From contig CM120642.1 in the NCBI GenBank assembly GCA_051362555.1, forward strand, positions 26,846,001 to 26,910,000: a stretch of 64,000 nucleotides of DNA, in the 5' to 3' direction. The notes under the pieces are model-generated. The model made no database searches. It was not told the DNA's origin and saw nothing but the letters and a program-made list of their open reading frames with translations. Position 1 is the stretch's first letter, and each line of letters begins with the position of its first letter. Shown piece after piece: positions 11,475-26,300 of the stretch. The DNA comes from Lingula anatina (Eukaryota > Animalia > Brachiopoda). The position numbers were made by a program, and so were the translations under genes.

Positions 11475-13847
11475 CTATTTGTAAAAAAAATTAGAAGCGA
11501 ATACACGCTGTAGAATTTTATAGCACTTACCTCATCTCTTATTCCCTTTACTTTCCTTTGTTTATTCTTATTTCGAGTGTTTAATTTAAAGCCGTAGTGA
11601 TATGTAATAGCAGCAAGGATGCCCCCAAAGATCGGGCCTACCCAGTATACCTACAATTAATACCGATAAAATTAAAACAATACATATATGTAATTCTCAG
11701 TTACGATTAATACAAAAATAGTAATGTAATTTACACACTGTATCATCGTTCTTTATTCGAATTTATGAATCCTGAAGGAAATTGTCCTTAAATTCGCCAA
11801 TCGTGATGTCGACAAAATCTTTATATGGGCTTCATTTTGATGTTGTTGATTGAATATACATTGGCATGTTTCAAGTGCTATTCCAGTGGTTTTTAGGTGA
11901 ATGGTCGTACACTGACAATTTTTTAGCATATGTCTGTATATAAGAATCGCCTGACAGATATACTGTTACACCGTTACACAATGGAAGAAAATAGTAACAA
12001 ATTCCCTGACTATAGACTAGCACAGATAGGTCACACATACATAGCCACTAGCTCCACGTCTTGTTTGAGCAGTTCCAGATTGTTCTTCGCATACTTTTAA
12101 TTCCGGTCAATTGAGGAAGATTAGTTTGTGAATAATGAAATAAAGCTTGGAATTAATTGGGGAAACGGTACAGACGAATGGTAATCGGGAAAAGTCTCGA
12201 TAGACAGTAGCTAGCGGATGATGCAGGCGTATTAAGTTCACAGCGGACGACAGGACTAACAGATTCGCGGATTAAATAAGGACGACTCTCTTGAAAGCTT
12301 ACTGCGTAATTCTATTCGGTGTCTGTTAGGGGATTATTCAGCGCGCTTTCAAGTGGGTCGGCCATATTTGATACGCGGATCTGTTAGTCCGCGGACCAAC
12401 ATGTTCTGAATGCATCCTTACCCTACCCTCCGTTCACAACGGTCTCTGTAGTCTGTTACAAAAGTTAAAAAATTATTCGATTTTGTACCTACAGGGACAC
12501 CTGTGGCCGGAGGGGAAGTCTTACCCAATGGTTTTCCCATATATTGACATAAACAGCAGGCCCCAGGGAGCGGGCGGGGTTCATACTAGCACCAGTGTGA
12601 TTTATCTGGAAATAGTACAAAAATGAACCTGTTAAAAAGATTGTGATCTACTCACCTTGTCTCCCGACAGCTGCCTCGAAAGTCACGACCTTTCTAAAGT
12701 TATCACGGACAGATCTGTGGAAGTGAAGTCATGTGAAAAGATGAATCATGTGGACAATGTTACGGGACGTGAACAAGTGCATGGTAGTGCATTCAGGCGA
12801 GACTGAGAGAAGAAATGCTCACCCTAAGGATATTTTATATTTTATTTCTGTTTTAATTATTGAAAATCATATATATAATTAAAGAATTTAGTCTTGGGTG
12901 GCGAGGGATTTAAGGATTGACAAGTCGATTGAGTGAGTTACACGCACGGTTGAATAAAAGTTGACGAAGAAGAAAAATATAGGTTAGGGAAAAGGCAACG
13001 CAAATTTTTTTTATAAACAGAAACTGGGATCTTGCTATTTTGCTGCATAGAGGGTAAAGAGCATTCCAGAAAAGAAGTCGTCAAAGTCCTTGGAATGTCA
13101 AATGTCTTATGGCAACAGTCCTGGAAACTGTGGTTTTGGATATATCATATTATCCCAACCATCTTTCCAATACAAGATTATTCAGTGCCTATAACCTATA
13201 ACCCGCTGTATGGAGAGAGAGAGAGAGAGACTACGATCCTCTTCACAAAAGAAAAAACGAGGGGCTTACTCCAGTACAGATATTCATCGCCACAGCAAGT
13301 CCAATGACCAAACTCGGCATCGTGATCTTCTTCGCGCTGTCCGTGGCGCCAAAGATGACGAAGACGAGCATGAAGCTCAGGTACATCTCTACCACCATAC
13401 CCTGGGCGGGAGACATCAGGGGATTAACGACGGTCGTGGCAAAAGTCCCAGTTGCGTTGGCAGGAGTGACACTGTTCAAAATTTAAAGATTTGAAAGATT
13501 CCGGATTATCATTTAATTCATAAATTATTATTGATTTCTTAGTTTATCAATTTACTTTAAATTGTGTATGTTATTTTTAAGAGGAAGCGAAGAAGTAGAG
13601 TGGTAACACCAATTTAAGTCCCTTTTCATTCTCCCTTCTTCTGATCTTATATTCGTTTTAATTTTCTTAAAGCGTTAAGGGAAATTACATGAATTTGCAC
13701 TACTACTCTTAAATCGCCTGTGCACGCCTATTCAGGCCTGACTATCTGTATTCTAAATAATTCATAAGTAATTTTATCTTACACGTAAACCAGACCTGAG
13801 CCAAGTAGTGATCCCATGCATTGTGCCAGAATGAAAAGAATAGCTGA

Positions 13848-13879
<32 letters not shown>

Positions 13880-14040
13880 ATACATACATACATACATACA
13901 TACATACATACATACATACATACAATTTTCGTCTAATCCTACTCAATATTGAATTTTGTTGGATTTTCGTTTCTCTTTTCATGAACTTATTTGACCACAG
14001 ACTACCCCAGTATCACCAAAATGTAATTACATGCTTTTAT

Positions 14041-14087
<47 letters not shown>

Positions 14088-14553
14088 GCACAGTCGTCGG
14101 TCAGTGGTTTGTTTAATAAATGTTTATATGTTGAATGCAAAAAAATATGAAACTAAGTACAAAAGAAAATCGGGCTATACCTTTCAGTATGGAAAGTTTC
14201 CGTGCCACAAACATGGCCAGCGTCACTGTAGGATTTACTTGGGCCCCCGAAAAATGTCCGAAGCCCTCTATGAGACACATCACTACAAAACCCATTCCCA
14301 AAGCGATCTGAACCGTGGTGCCCGAGTCGTTATTTCCCGGCCATTTTAAAGGCACAGAACACTGGACTATCATCAGTATCGCAGTTGCTGTGATCTCTGA
14401 TATAACGGCTTTCCAGAATTTGGCCGTCTTCGCCTCCTGGAGACCGACCCAAACTTTCCAAGAAGGGGTTCCCATCTTCTCCGACTTTAAAGAGTTCACT
14501 GGATTGCAGCTCTCTCCCGGAAGTAATTTATAAACGTATGGCGACCTGGACAT
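11207..14553 (-). CDS. Aquaporin (MIP family, classical AQP1/4-like grade), paralog A; exons 14553-14181, 13843-13783, 13471-13270, 12605-12525, 11650-11531, 11284-11207
   Basis: Motifs [27 protein letters not shown] and [13 protein letters not shown]; phase-consistent GT-AG introns; ends ...SNEKTN*. Confidence 0.92.
12253..12390. mobile_element. Degenerate hairpin/MITE in aquaporin A intron 4
   Basis: GGACTAACAGATTCGCG...CTTGAAAGC is inverted as GCTTTCAAG...CGCGGATCTGTTAGTCC. Confidence 0.55.
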
Positions 14554-17500
14554 CTCAAACCCACTCGGCTCGGTTACTGATTATAAGTCTAAAGTTATCT
14601 GGCAGGCTATTGTAAGGACACACGCCAAATTAGATTACTCACTATGCGCGTGACTTAAAGAAAATGAGAAATGCCTATAACGCGCTCATGTAACTTTCAC
14701 CTGGACGATGAACTCGTGAGTTTTTTGTTATAACTGAGTTGCTCCTTTTTCTGTTGTTTTTTCAGACTTAAGCGACTGTAGGGGGAATCTTAGCCAGGTT
14801 TAACCGAAGGCCGCGGCTGCGGTATCTGTCGCAATGTGTCTCATCGTATACGATATGGTCGTTAACCTAGCCTTATGTACAGGAATACGCATATCATAAA
14901 TCTGCCATACTATCACCCATCCAGTTAGTTAATTGAAGGGCGCGACTCGACTAGAATCTGGTAGATCCCAGAGATCGATCTTAACGACACCGTACCGCAC
15001 TGATACAACAATATGAGGCGGTTCATATCCCTATGCGACAAGTAAGCCTACTTTGTGACGGGTACAGTGTAGCCATCAACATAGCATAGAAGGCTTAGGA
15101 ACTTTCTTCTCTGTGACCATGGGTGCGCTGGTAGTCTGTTACAAAATGATTGTATCGTCGATGCTCTATTATAGAGACCCTTGCTATCAGAAAGAAGGAT
15201 CTGCGTCTTTAGATCGATCCATGTTAGCCTAATGTGAACGCGTTCTAAGAACGTTACGCTCTGACGCAGCAGTCACGGCTGACATCATTTATGACATCGT
15301 TGATCAGCGGTTTGATTGTCGCACGCACGTGATCACGGACGCGAAGAGGTTGAACTGTTTCGAAAAATAAACAGTAGTAGTTGTAAGCCCAATTTATTCG
15401 AAGAATGATACTAAGCCAGCTGATGTCACATAAACAAACAATTAATCTGATATAGCAGTACAATTGTTGCACTTATTTGCTATGATAACAAATGGTGATA
15501 GTAATTATCAATGCATCAATATAACAGGGGCTTACGCGCATAGACATTTTCGGCAAATCAGATGACGAATTAGACGAATGAGAGAGAGAGAGAGAGAGAG
15601 AGAGAATTTGCTCACGAAGGTGTTTTTTCTCTTTTATTTACTCGTACATACAAACGACTAGAAAAAGCTTTTTTAAAGCAAAAAAAAAAAAAGGAAAAGA
15701 AAAAAAAGAAAGAAAGAAAAACGCTTTCGGTGAAATTACAGGTTTTGATAAGTGACATAACATGAATATTTGGAATATCAGTTCTGGTTCAGTGATAAGC
15801 GTATTAATAACAGGAAATAAATTGTAGACCTACCATCGGCCCTATTGCTACATGATGAAAATGTTGTTTAGATAAAGATATTTAACCTTTTTATTGAAAA
15901 GTATACAATAACAAATAGGTATCGAGATAATGGTATGAAAGTTTTTATGCACTGTTAAGCTTGTGTTGTGACTTTTAAAAAAAGGGAGCACTTGTGATAG
16001 AAAACCTTTCCTTAGGGATGGAGGGGGGAGGGTCCAGTTTTTATTCCGCTTTACGTTGACGAAACAATAGATAATGTGGCATGAACAAAACAGAATGTGC
16101 ACCGAAAGGTACATATATCAGTTCATCTCTTCATCGAGATAACATTTGTCGTCTGCTATCTATCATGTGACAAAGTCACCCCCCCCCCCCCAACACGTGT
16201 CCTTGACCTACGTTAGCGATCACTGACCTGAATAATGGATATCACACCATCATGGGGAGGAAATGGACACTTCTATTTGGCCCTTGGCGGATATTTTCAA
16301 GAGCATGATTTACACTCTTTTGTCCATTGAATACGATTTTGCACACCTTCCAAGAGGTTAATTTGGATTACACGGAGAATTTGTTTATTAAAAAAACTTA
16401 CATGTATATTTGTGTCTCTATTGATTTCAATTATACAAATTAGTGTGTTTATTTATTCAATTAAAGCTCAGAATATTGAACGAAATTGGTCTACGTTCAT
16501 CTTACGTACATACATATCTTGAAAAAGTATATCTATGAAACACGGATTTTTCCGTTTTGCAGATTAAATACATGGGAACAATTGATGGGAAGGCTACGAA
16601 AACATCGGGCTCATCATCTACAAATATTGTATAGAACACATAAATTTATCATTGTTTCTAAAATTAGTTTGAAGGTGCTAATTTCCTTGGAGGTATTTCA
16701 ACTGTCATATGCATGCTCTCGCGTACATCAATTGAATTGAAAACTTCGCATGGAAGTGTCTGTATCCAGTCGCAACAAACACAATGGACACATTTACATG
16801 TACTTTGCGGACTTGGTAGTGGTGCTTTATGGATTATTTTATAATCATAAATAAAGAATATATTACCTCACGTTTGTTTTTACTATAATAGCGAGTGATA
16901 GTGCATATTTTATGATGGTACAAATGGTCCTACACCAAAACATTATACTTTATTTCCGCGACAAATCTTTCAAGTGTATAATCTCTTTAAAAATGGCAAA
17001 ATCCCTCCCTTGTGTATTTCAACGCATTCTGTTATATCCAAAAGCACGGGAAATGCTCTTACAGTGTAGTGCCTACCCGTCAGTCATCATCAACTTCAGC
17101 TTTGCAGTCCACGTGTAAAAACAAAGAAAGAAAAGGAGAGGGTAACGGAAAGAGGCAAACAATTACTCCACGTTGACATGGTGTACAACGAACTTTGATA
17201 TTCTGGATCATTGGAACAAGAAAAATATTTAGCATTCATGTTTTTACCAGTGATATGGATAGAGCAGAAACAACCCCCCCCCCTGCCCCCAATACGTTCG
17301 TTTGATATGCTATATCAAAATACGCGACCCGAAGTTATTTAAAAGAACTAGAACATACAATGGCAACCTTTTGTTCAACAAGTTTGTCCAGACGTCTTTG
17401 TTCGTCAGTTTTTGCAAAGCGAAGTCGTGTTGCAGCACTTACAGGGACGAAGACACGGAAAACCGGGCATAATTGTATAAGCAGCCACGCTCAAATCATT

Positions 17501-19269
17501 TGGTAAGTCTTTCTGTTGCTACAATCAAATTGCATTTTGAAAGCGATTGTCAAGCAGAGGATGCGTCGGTTATCGAGACTCTCGCTAAATGACTGCTACA
17601 ATAGTGTACATGGGAAGTGTATGGGACCGAAATGGATTGTTTAACTTTAATCCATCATTAATTTTTAGTCAAAATATGGCCGTCGTATTAAGATAATCGA
17701 TGTCGCCCCGTCGTGAACCTTATATTCCGCAGTTATGGGGATTTGCCATTCACTGTTTTGGTAGTTAAGTGACTAGGGAACTGATATTTTACTTGATGGT
17801 TGACCATTCACAGTCACGTATGCCTATGTAATGTTTCCTCGTAATTTCTACTTGAGTCTTGAGTCTTTAGATAAATAAGTAAGCTCTCATTTGCCATTTT
17901 TTCAATAAACTTACGAGATACCGTGTACATGTTCATTCACCACCTACCGCCTCACCCTTGATACAATACAATGTAGCCGCTCTTTTCTGAGAAATGTTCA
18001 ATAATCTACATGCTCTTACTTTTTATCAGAATGGCAAGTTTAGTCATCAAACCAGAGGATATCTTGTGTCGGGTAACCCTGTAAAATATATAGACCATTG
18101 TGATTTTCGACTCAAAACTAGTCTCCTCTGTGTTTATAGAGGATAAACAAGCACCCTAACAACAAAAGCTAAAGTGGCACTGTATATAAGTCCATACAGT
18201 TCGGTATTACCCTTCTGTACTCAAACATAGGCATACAAAGAAGCGTCAACTACTGAACTCATACAGGTAAAAAAAGAGGGCGTAAAAATAAGTTTGTAGC
18301 GCGTTAATAGTAAACGACATTTGCGAACAACTGGGGACCTTTTTTAAAAAAAATCCTAACAAATAAATCCACTTTTCTGATAACTTGGACATTTGGAGAA
18401 AATAGATATTGGAAAATCATATCAAGATGAATATTAGTGATTTTCTGAATTTGGAGATCAAGATCCAAGCTCAGATTTAGACGTACAAATATTGTGATCT
18501 TCTGTTTTCATCTTAACCGAGACTACATGTTGATGTAAAAATAGGGGTATATAAATTTGGTACGCAACAGTAACCACGTTGAGGCTTTCGATCTAAATAT
18601 TGAGGTCGCCCCTGGTAGAATTCACAATAATAATCAGGCGGCGCACGCATGTTTCCGGAATGCTCGGCCGTAAGTACATTTCATACGGAAGTTGTACAGG
18701 TATGTAACAGGTGGGTTATATAGCACAGGTGTATACAGTTAGATATCATAGCTAGCTTCCCATGTAACTTTCATACGATCAGCATATTAAAAGGTTATTA
18801 TACATAAAAGGTAAACCAATGACATATGTAAGTTTTAATGGTGCCATGAAATATAAAGTTTTAAGGACATAACGTTGATGAGTTCCAGGGTCTGATAAAA
18901 ATACACGGATATGAAACACCCAACCACATAGACCCGGCTATTAATAAAGGGCTTTGTAGACGTAGAACTATATTGTTAAGTGTCACACAAAATGATTGCA
19001 GTGATGAATCTGTAAGTTTTGTAATCAATTTTCAGTTTTCTTTTTTTCAGTTTTTTAAAGATATTCAGTCATGACTGACATACTTTTTTTACATAATCCG
19101 TAGCGTGCGACTCGTTCGAGAATAATCCAGGTCACATTCTTGTACTTAATGTTCGCTGTTTTAGAACTGATATTTATATACCTCAGCGGAGCAAGGGATG
19201 ACTCGTGCAACGTAAGAAGTCCCGCAAATCCACTTTATATATGTCTGCTGTTTTTGTCATCTAGGTAAA

Positions 19270-21898
19270 ATGGCGAGCGACGTTCAAAAGTTTGTCGGAA
19301 CTGACGAAGTGAAAACGGTGAAGTTTTGGAAATCGGTGACGGCGGAGGTGCTTTCTACGGCGATAATGATGATAGTCCAGTGTTCTGTGCCTTTGAAATG
19401 GCCGGGAAATAACGACTCGGGGACCACGGTTCAGATTGCTTTGGGGATGGGGTTCGTCGTGATGTGTATGATAGAGGCTTTTGGTCATATTTCCGGGGCG
19501 CAGATGAATCCATCAGTATCGATAGCGATGTTGATTGCTCGGAAAATTTCATTATTGAAAGGTAGGTACGGTTGTAGTCTAAGCAAGATGTATGATACGG
19601 CTCCTTGGTCTACGTAAAAGCCATTGTAAAGTTATAAAACACAACAATAAAAATGGGTATATTTCTTATTCCATTTACGGCCATTCATAGAAATTTAAAC
19701 TAATGATATAAAACACTGTCGGTCGAGCGATATATGCCTGAAAAACCTATGTGTCAGCGAGAGAGGCATACATTGTTTGTCGCGAGAGGGTGACAGTGTA
19801 TTATTTGACATACATACTGGGATAAAATACTCGCATTGCACAGAAAAACATCCCTGCAACTAAATAAAGCGTGTATTGCCACGATCACATTACATCTCTT
19901 TTTATGTATAGACACAAGGGATGGAGATTCGTCGAAGTGTACGTATAAAGTCATATTGGAGTATTACATGTATATGCCATACTGTATTATGTCAATTCTC
20001 AAAAGGTAATATTTTTCTTCTATATTTCACAACCCTACGCTTGATCCAGATGTCGGGCTATTGATTTTCATTTTTTCAAAGAATCTTATTTTTGTCTACT
20101 CCTTCTTACCTTCTTATTCTTAATTTTCTTTTTTTTTTCTCTGCTGTTTTTAAGAGGTCTGCTTTCTCTTTTCAGCAATATTTTACATCATTGCACAGTG
20201 TTCAGGGGCCTTCCTCGGGTCTGGACTTATCTATATGTAAGTAAAATTCTTATCAAAAAAACGAGGAGGATACGGAAAGTATTATTCATATTAAACAATA
20301 CACATTACTTTGCTGTGGACAGTAGTTACTTCATGTACTATAGATTCTTGAACCCTTTCTATACATACCGCATATATGTCAAATGTTTTGACATATAAAC
20401 TTATCAAAAATATCGGCAAAGAATGGTAAATATATAATATTATGGTATTTATCCATATGTGAAATGCCGCTTAGAGGTGTCTAGAATAATTTTCATTTTA
20501 ATATATATACACTGACCATCGTGATCACATAAATATAAAATTCCATTATCAGTGTCAAACGGTCAAGAAATTTCATGGCACGTATTGGTCGTAAATTCGT
20601 GATATTATAAACGATGCTTTTATTTCTCTCTTTTAAATTTCTCTTTCTTAACTTTCATTTTTCAGTATAACGCCAGCTAACGCCACGGGCGGTTTAGCCA
20701 CAACTACCGTTAACCGCGATATGACCCCAGCACAGGGGATGGTGGTGGAAATGTACCTGACCTTCATGCTCGTCTTCGTCATTTTTGGGGCCACGGACAG
20801 CAGAAAACAGATCACGATGCCCAGTCTGGTCATAGGCATGGCAGTGGCCATGAATATTTGTACTGGGGTAAGTATCTTGTTAAGTCTTCAGAACATATTT
20901 TATGGATTTTATTCTTTAAATAATTTTATTATTATTATTTTTAAAAAAGGGGGGTCTTTTTCTGAAAAAGTGGACCTTTCGCCATGAAACCTTCGTGCAC
21001 CTAGGTGAAAATTTACGCAGAGGGGACCTTTTCTTTCGAATCCCCCGACCCCCCTTCCCCTTGGCAACGGGCCTGATTATTATTATATTTAAATGTAAAC
21101 GACGAATAACAAAACATTCACGAAGACTTATAAATTCAATTCATTTTCTATTTATTTCAGATCAACCACACTGGAGCCAGTATGAACCCAGCCCGGTCAC
21201 TGGGTCCTGCTGTCTACGTTAACATATGGACTGACCACTGGGTGAGTGTTTCTATACATACCGCACATTTTATTTATTCAATTATTTTTTATTCATTGAT
21301 TCATTCATTCATTCATTCATTTATTTATTTATTTTATTTTGTTATTCATTGATCTATCTATGTATCTATCTATCTTTCCATCCATCTATCCATCCATCTG
21401 TGTTTCATTTATTCAATTATTTCTCTGAAATTATGAAATTTTATTTCATATACTGTATATATTTTCTACAGGTGTATTGGGCTGGGCCTATCTCAGGTGC
21501 CATCCTGGCTACACTGGCTTATAACTTCGGCTTCGTCCTACACTGCACCAAGAAGGAAAAGGAACTTGAAGAAGAAAAGAAATATGCAGGTAATTTTTTT
21601 TTCTCTAAATTATCCGAAAGAATTAATTTTTCATTCCTTTAAATTGAGAAAAAAAGATAAAGATTTGGGTCCAAATGGCACCCAAAATGCCAGAAAAACT
21701 GGTTTTAATATTTTTAAATTAAAATTTTGAATTAAAATTCATTTTCTTTCAGAAACTTTACCTGACCCAACAGTTATAGAAAGGGTTTGCGGAAGGTACT
21801 GCGGCACACTGAACAGCGGGCTGATGCCAGCACGAGTTACAAGCGAATCCACGTTTACACTGGAAACATCGGAAAGCACAGTGCATTTTCAATTGTGA
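19270..21898 (+). CDS. Aquaporin paralog B; exons 19270-19561, 20176-20236, 20666-20867, 21161-21241, 21472-21589, 21753-21898
   Basis: Motifs [27 protein letters not shown] and [12 protein letters not shown]; same core intron positions as paralogs A and C; ends ...STVHFQL*. Confidence 0.93.
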
Positions 21899-22690
21899 TA
21901 GATGCGATTTCCCAGAGGAGGCGAGACGCATTCTTTGGTTAAACAATTGGATAGCTAAATTATCTTCTACAGCTGTAATTCCACCCAATCAGGAGTAAAA
22001 TTTTAAGCATTATTTCTCATAATGAGAAAGATTTAATAGAAATTTATAGCGATGTTTGTATTGTTAGGATTTTAATTATTGAATTTGTTTTTCAAATACT
22101 CTCATTGTTGGCAAGCATAAATGATGTCATAAGACCACACCATAGGAAACTTGGATTATCTGTACTTCAGAATATCAAATATTCACTTATATTTCTGTTA
22201 CCAAAAGTGCAGTTATGAAATCCTTAATATGAAGCGCTCAAGGCGATATCATCTACAAAGGGAACAAAAGGGAGGCTTTCATCAATGACTTTTATCTTCT
22301 GTTTTACCCCCCTCCCCCTTCTTCGTGTGCTGCATCGTTTGGGATTATTCCATTAGTGTTCTCCATTCCCTTCTTTTAAACCCACACATATTTTCACTTT
22401 TTACAAGCATGTACTGGAATTATTAAAAGCATCTCAGGTAAAAAATAGTAAGAATAAAAAGCGATCCGTTTTTTGGATACGAAAAAAAAGGATGCACATT
22501 AAAAACTGATAAAATTAGCTAATTTTTTACTGTTCTTTTTTCTTAACTTTGATAAAATTATTGTATTCATACATATAAGAATAAAGCAGTAATTTTTCTT
22601 CAACAATAGCTGGTGCTGAATTATTTGTTCACTTCTGTCTGACTAGAATGAGGCAATCTAGTGGAAAAGTTTCAATCCAGGAGTAAAATA

Positions 22691-23003
22691 TGGACCATTC
22701 AGAATGAGAAGAGCCGAGTGCTAGCTGGTTCACGGCCTAAATATGGCGGACCTAAATGAAAGGAAGACCGCTTAATCCTGTAATGGTCTCTCCGCCTCTT
22801 TCACGCCTCCCCACGCGTCGTCCCTGCAGGGGCACAGTAATTAAATCTCGTCTCAATTCGACCGGTCGAGGGACAACGCGTGGGGAGGCATGTGAGGGGC
22901 GGAGAGACCATTACATGATTAAGCGGTCTCCCTTTCATGTAGGTCCGTCATATTGAGGCTGTGGACCAGCTAGTACTAAGCTCTTCTCATTCTGAATGGT
23001 CCC
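22691..23003. mobile_element. Long palindromic MITE upstream of aquaporin C
   Basis: ~135-bp inverted arms (GGACCATTCAGAATGAGAAGAGC...GCTCTTCTCATTCTGAATGGTCC); ATA on both flanks as a possible 3-bp TSD. Confidence 0.8.
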
Positions 23004-23321
23004 ATACTTGCCCTCCCACACTAAGTGCCCTCCCACACTTGCCCTCCCATTCCAAGTTGTGACGAACTTCTTTTCTGATCAACATTCATATCATCAACAC
23101 TGTAAACACGATTCTGTGGTTAAATACCCCGTTCAGTTTCTCAACATAAGCATCAGCGTATACTGTAGATAGGGGCGTTATCTGAGAGCCAGTGCCTATT
23201 GTTTCAATTTAATCCGGGCATGACCACTTCAGCCAATGAACTCGCAAACTGGACAGGTCATTTTGACCGGCACGGATCGCTTTTAGTATCGAAATCGAAG
23301 TTAAGCGATAAAGATCGAACA

Positions 23322-26300
23322 ATGGCTGATCATTCCTTTCAAATCGGTCACCACGAAATTAAGACCGTGGCATTCTGGAAGGCGGTTTCTGCGGAGATTT
23401 TGGCCACTGCAATACTTATGATAGTCCAGTGTTCCACGCCTTTGAAATGGCCGGGAAATAACGACTCTGGTACTACGGTTCAGATTGCTTTGGGAATGGG
23501 TTTTGTCGTTATGTGCTTGGCAGAATCCGTTGGACATATTTCCGGGGCCCAGATGAATCCGGCGGTGGCTATAGCCATGTTTTTAGCTCAGAAAATATCA
23601 CTTTTGAGAGGTAAGTTATGCACCCATTACATATGTTCCTGCTCTCATTCTGTTTATTATTATTTATTTCTTTTCTTTTACTCGCAAGTCATTAATACAC
23701 TTATGCGAAAGTCACAATCTCTGTCGTACTGACATTTCATGCTGTCGAATATTTTACAAAATGTATCGCAAATCATAAGGTTTATGCTTTGAATTAAGAT
23801 ATGAAATCATACAACATTATATAACTTTTACATGAGAAGACACGTTCTAGTACAGTCTGTATGGAGTCATCAGCTACAGCTCAACCTGAAGAGAGTGAAA
23901 TTATTTCCATTTTTATGTTTTCCATTTATTTAACCTTTACTTCCATGTGGTCTGTTACGTGCGTTGTATGCTCTCACAATATTCTACATCCAGTGTCAGA
24001 ACACATTGCTAATTAATAATAAGTTTATTGAGCACTAAATGATATGAATACATTTGCAAGTTTCACTAGACTACATTATTTACACAATATATAAGGATAT
24101 ACATTTATATATGTTTACATATGTAGTATGCTAAATTACACATGCGTTAATGCATGTTATGCTATAAGATTAATTAATTAATTAAGCTATTCACAGCATT
24201 ATCAACAGTTAGTGGCTGTGATAATTAGAACTGGGCTTCTGCAAACGAAAGAAAAATTAAGTTAAAGAGTATAGAGTATTCCAATGCACAGTGGTAAACA
24301 TAAAAAACGCATTATTCAACCAGTTCACACTTAAGATATGAATTAAAAGAATGTATGAAGCCACCATTCTAATTTGCTGGGCAAAATTCAATTAGCAATT
24401 GAAAAACATTTATGTACATTTAAATTTTAGCCCCACGTTCTTTTCATGAAGTACGTCACAGAGAGTAGAGCCGCACCTGCCTAATGTGCAATCAATTTTA
24501 AGTATAATTTGTCCCACTTCTACTAACTGAGGATTGTCTTTGCTAAAATGAGGCATTGCAATGGTTAAGCGAGAACTGTCGCACCAGAATAGAAAAAATA
24601 TTGTGTACGGTTTCAGAGCATTCTATACTTTTAACAACGGTGTACACTTTTTTTCGTGGACATGTCAATAGAGAGTCAATGCGTTGATAGTAAGTACTAA
24701 CACTTAAGGAAAAAATGCTGCCTTATTTAAATATTTGAAAGCAAAAATGTTGCATTGATCTTGTTCATGCACAAAATATATGGGTATACACATATTGGAA
24801 AATATTTCCTAGAATGAAAAAAATGAAGACTCTAAATTCGAAGATAACTAACCGAGTCATCAATTTTTAATCTTAATCCTGTGAATCTTTTTCCACTTAA
24901 TTTCATTGCCCGCTCTTTTCGCCTTGTTTTCATTTGGATATACAGGGATGCAGGTACACTAACAACCTCCCATTACATTGGCCTGTCAAAAAATAGCAAT
25001 ACATAAATAAACCAATAAATAAAATAAATGAATAAATAAATAATAACAGGAAGCGTTACGAGTATGTACATGTATAAATGCCTCTACTCTTAGTTGGACA
25101 TTGGTTCTGTTCGTTCAACAGATTTGATTAAACGTACTCCAGGTAAATGTACTCTCTATCTCTCTCTCTCTCTCTCTCTCTCAGGTGTTAACCAACTCAT
25201 ATGTAGTGATTTTTCATTCCATTTCAGCAATATTATACGTAATAGCTCAATGCATAGGTGCAATTGCCGGATCCGGACTAGTCTACGTGTAAGTTTTACA
25301 ATCACTTTACAAGTAAATTGGTCAGTAAATATTACGAAGGGAAGGAGTTGAATTTTATATCAAAATACTGAAATTATTTTGCTGATGCAAATCGCTAGTT
25401 TTTCCGTTACTTCCGACCCCACTTCCTTCCAAACCACACGAAATCTCGCTTGATTTCTCGCTACGGCTCGAGACTGCGGGTTATATTGGATGATTCCCAT
25501 TCACTGATAAGGTTGAGCTCTTGTTACCCACTGCAACAGTGGTTTTAGAAGTCACTTTAACCTATTGCTACGGAACTGATTTAAACACCCAATGAACTAT
25601 GGTCAAAACGACGACAGAGTGAGGGAGGCAGCCGTTTTTATTTTATTGCGTATTTTTTGTGTTTTCATTAATTCATTCATTCATTTTGTGGATTGTATTA
25701 CATCATAATTTTCATCTAAAGTATAACAAGCTTGCATGACTTTCACATCCGAGTATTGTTGTACGGGTACACGTTATCGACACTATGTAGTAAATTATCA
25801 TATCACCACTGATAATAGTAACTGACCACCATTACAGCATCGATATAGGAACCTTCAATAAGGTGTTTGACCATAATCTGTGCTTAAGCTTAAAATACCC
25901 CAGCAGAATAAAACGTTTTAGCGTGTATTCAAAAGATTTCAGAAAAACACACTAGTGTAAAAAAATAGTTTATTATTCTAAATTTGCCGTGATAATTTAG
26001 TTTTGTTTTCTTAATATGATGAATGATACTTATTTTCAATTTATGATTGGATTTTCACAACGCGTGTACATCTCTAAGAATCACATTTTCTATAAACTTA
26101 GTGTAACCTCACCAAATGCGACGGGGAAATTCGCCACGACTACCGTGAACCCGTTAATCTCCCCCGCGCAAGGGATGGTCGTAGAGATGTACTTGACCTT
26201 CATCCTCGTCTTCGTCATCTTTGGCGCCACGGACAGTGCCCGGAAGTTGACCATGCCCGGGATTGCCATTGGACTGACCGTTGCCATGGACGTGCTGAGC

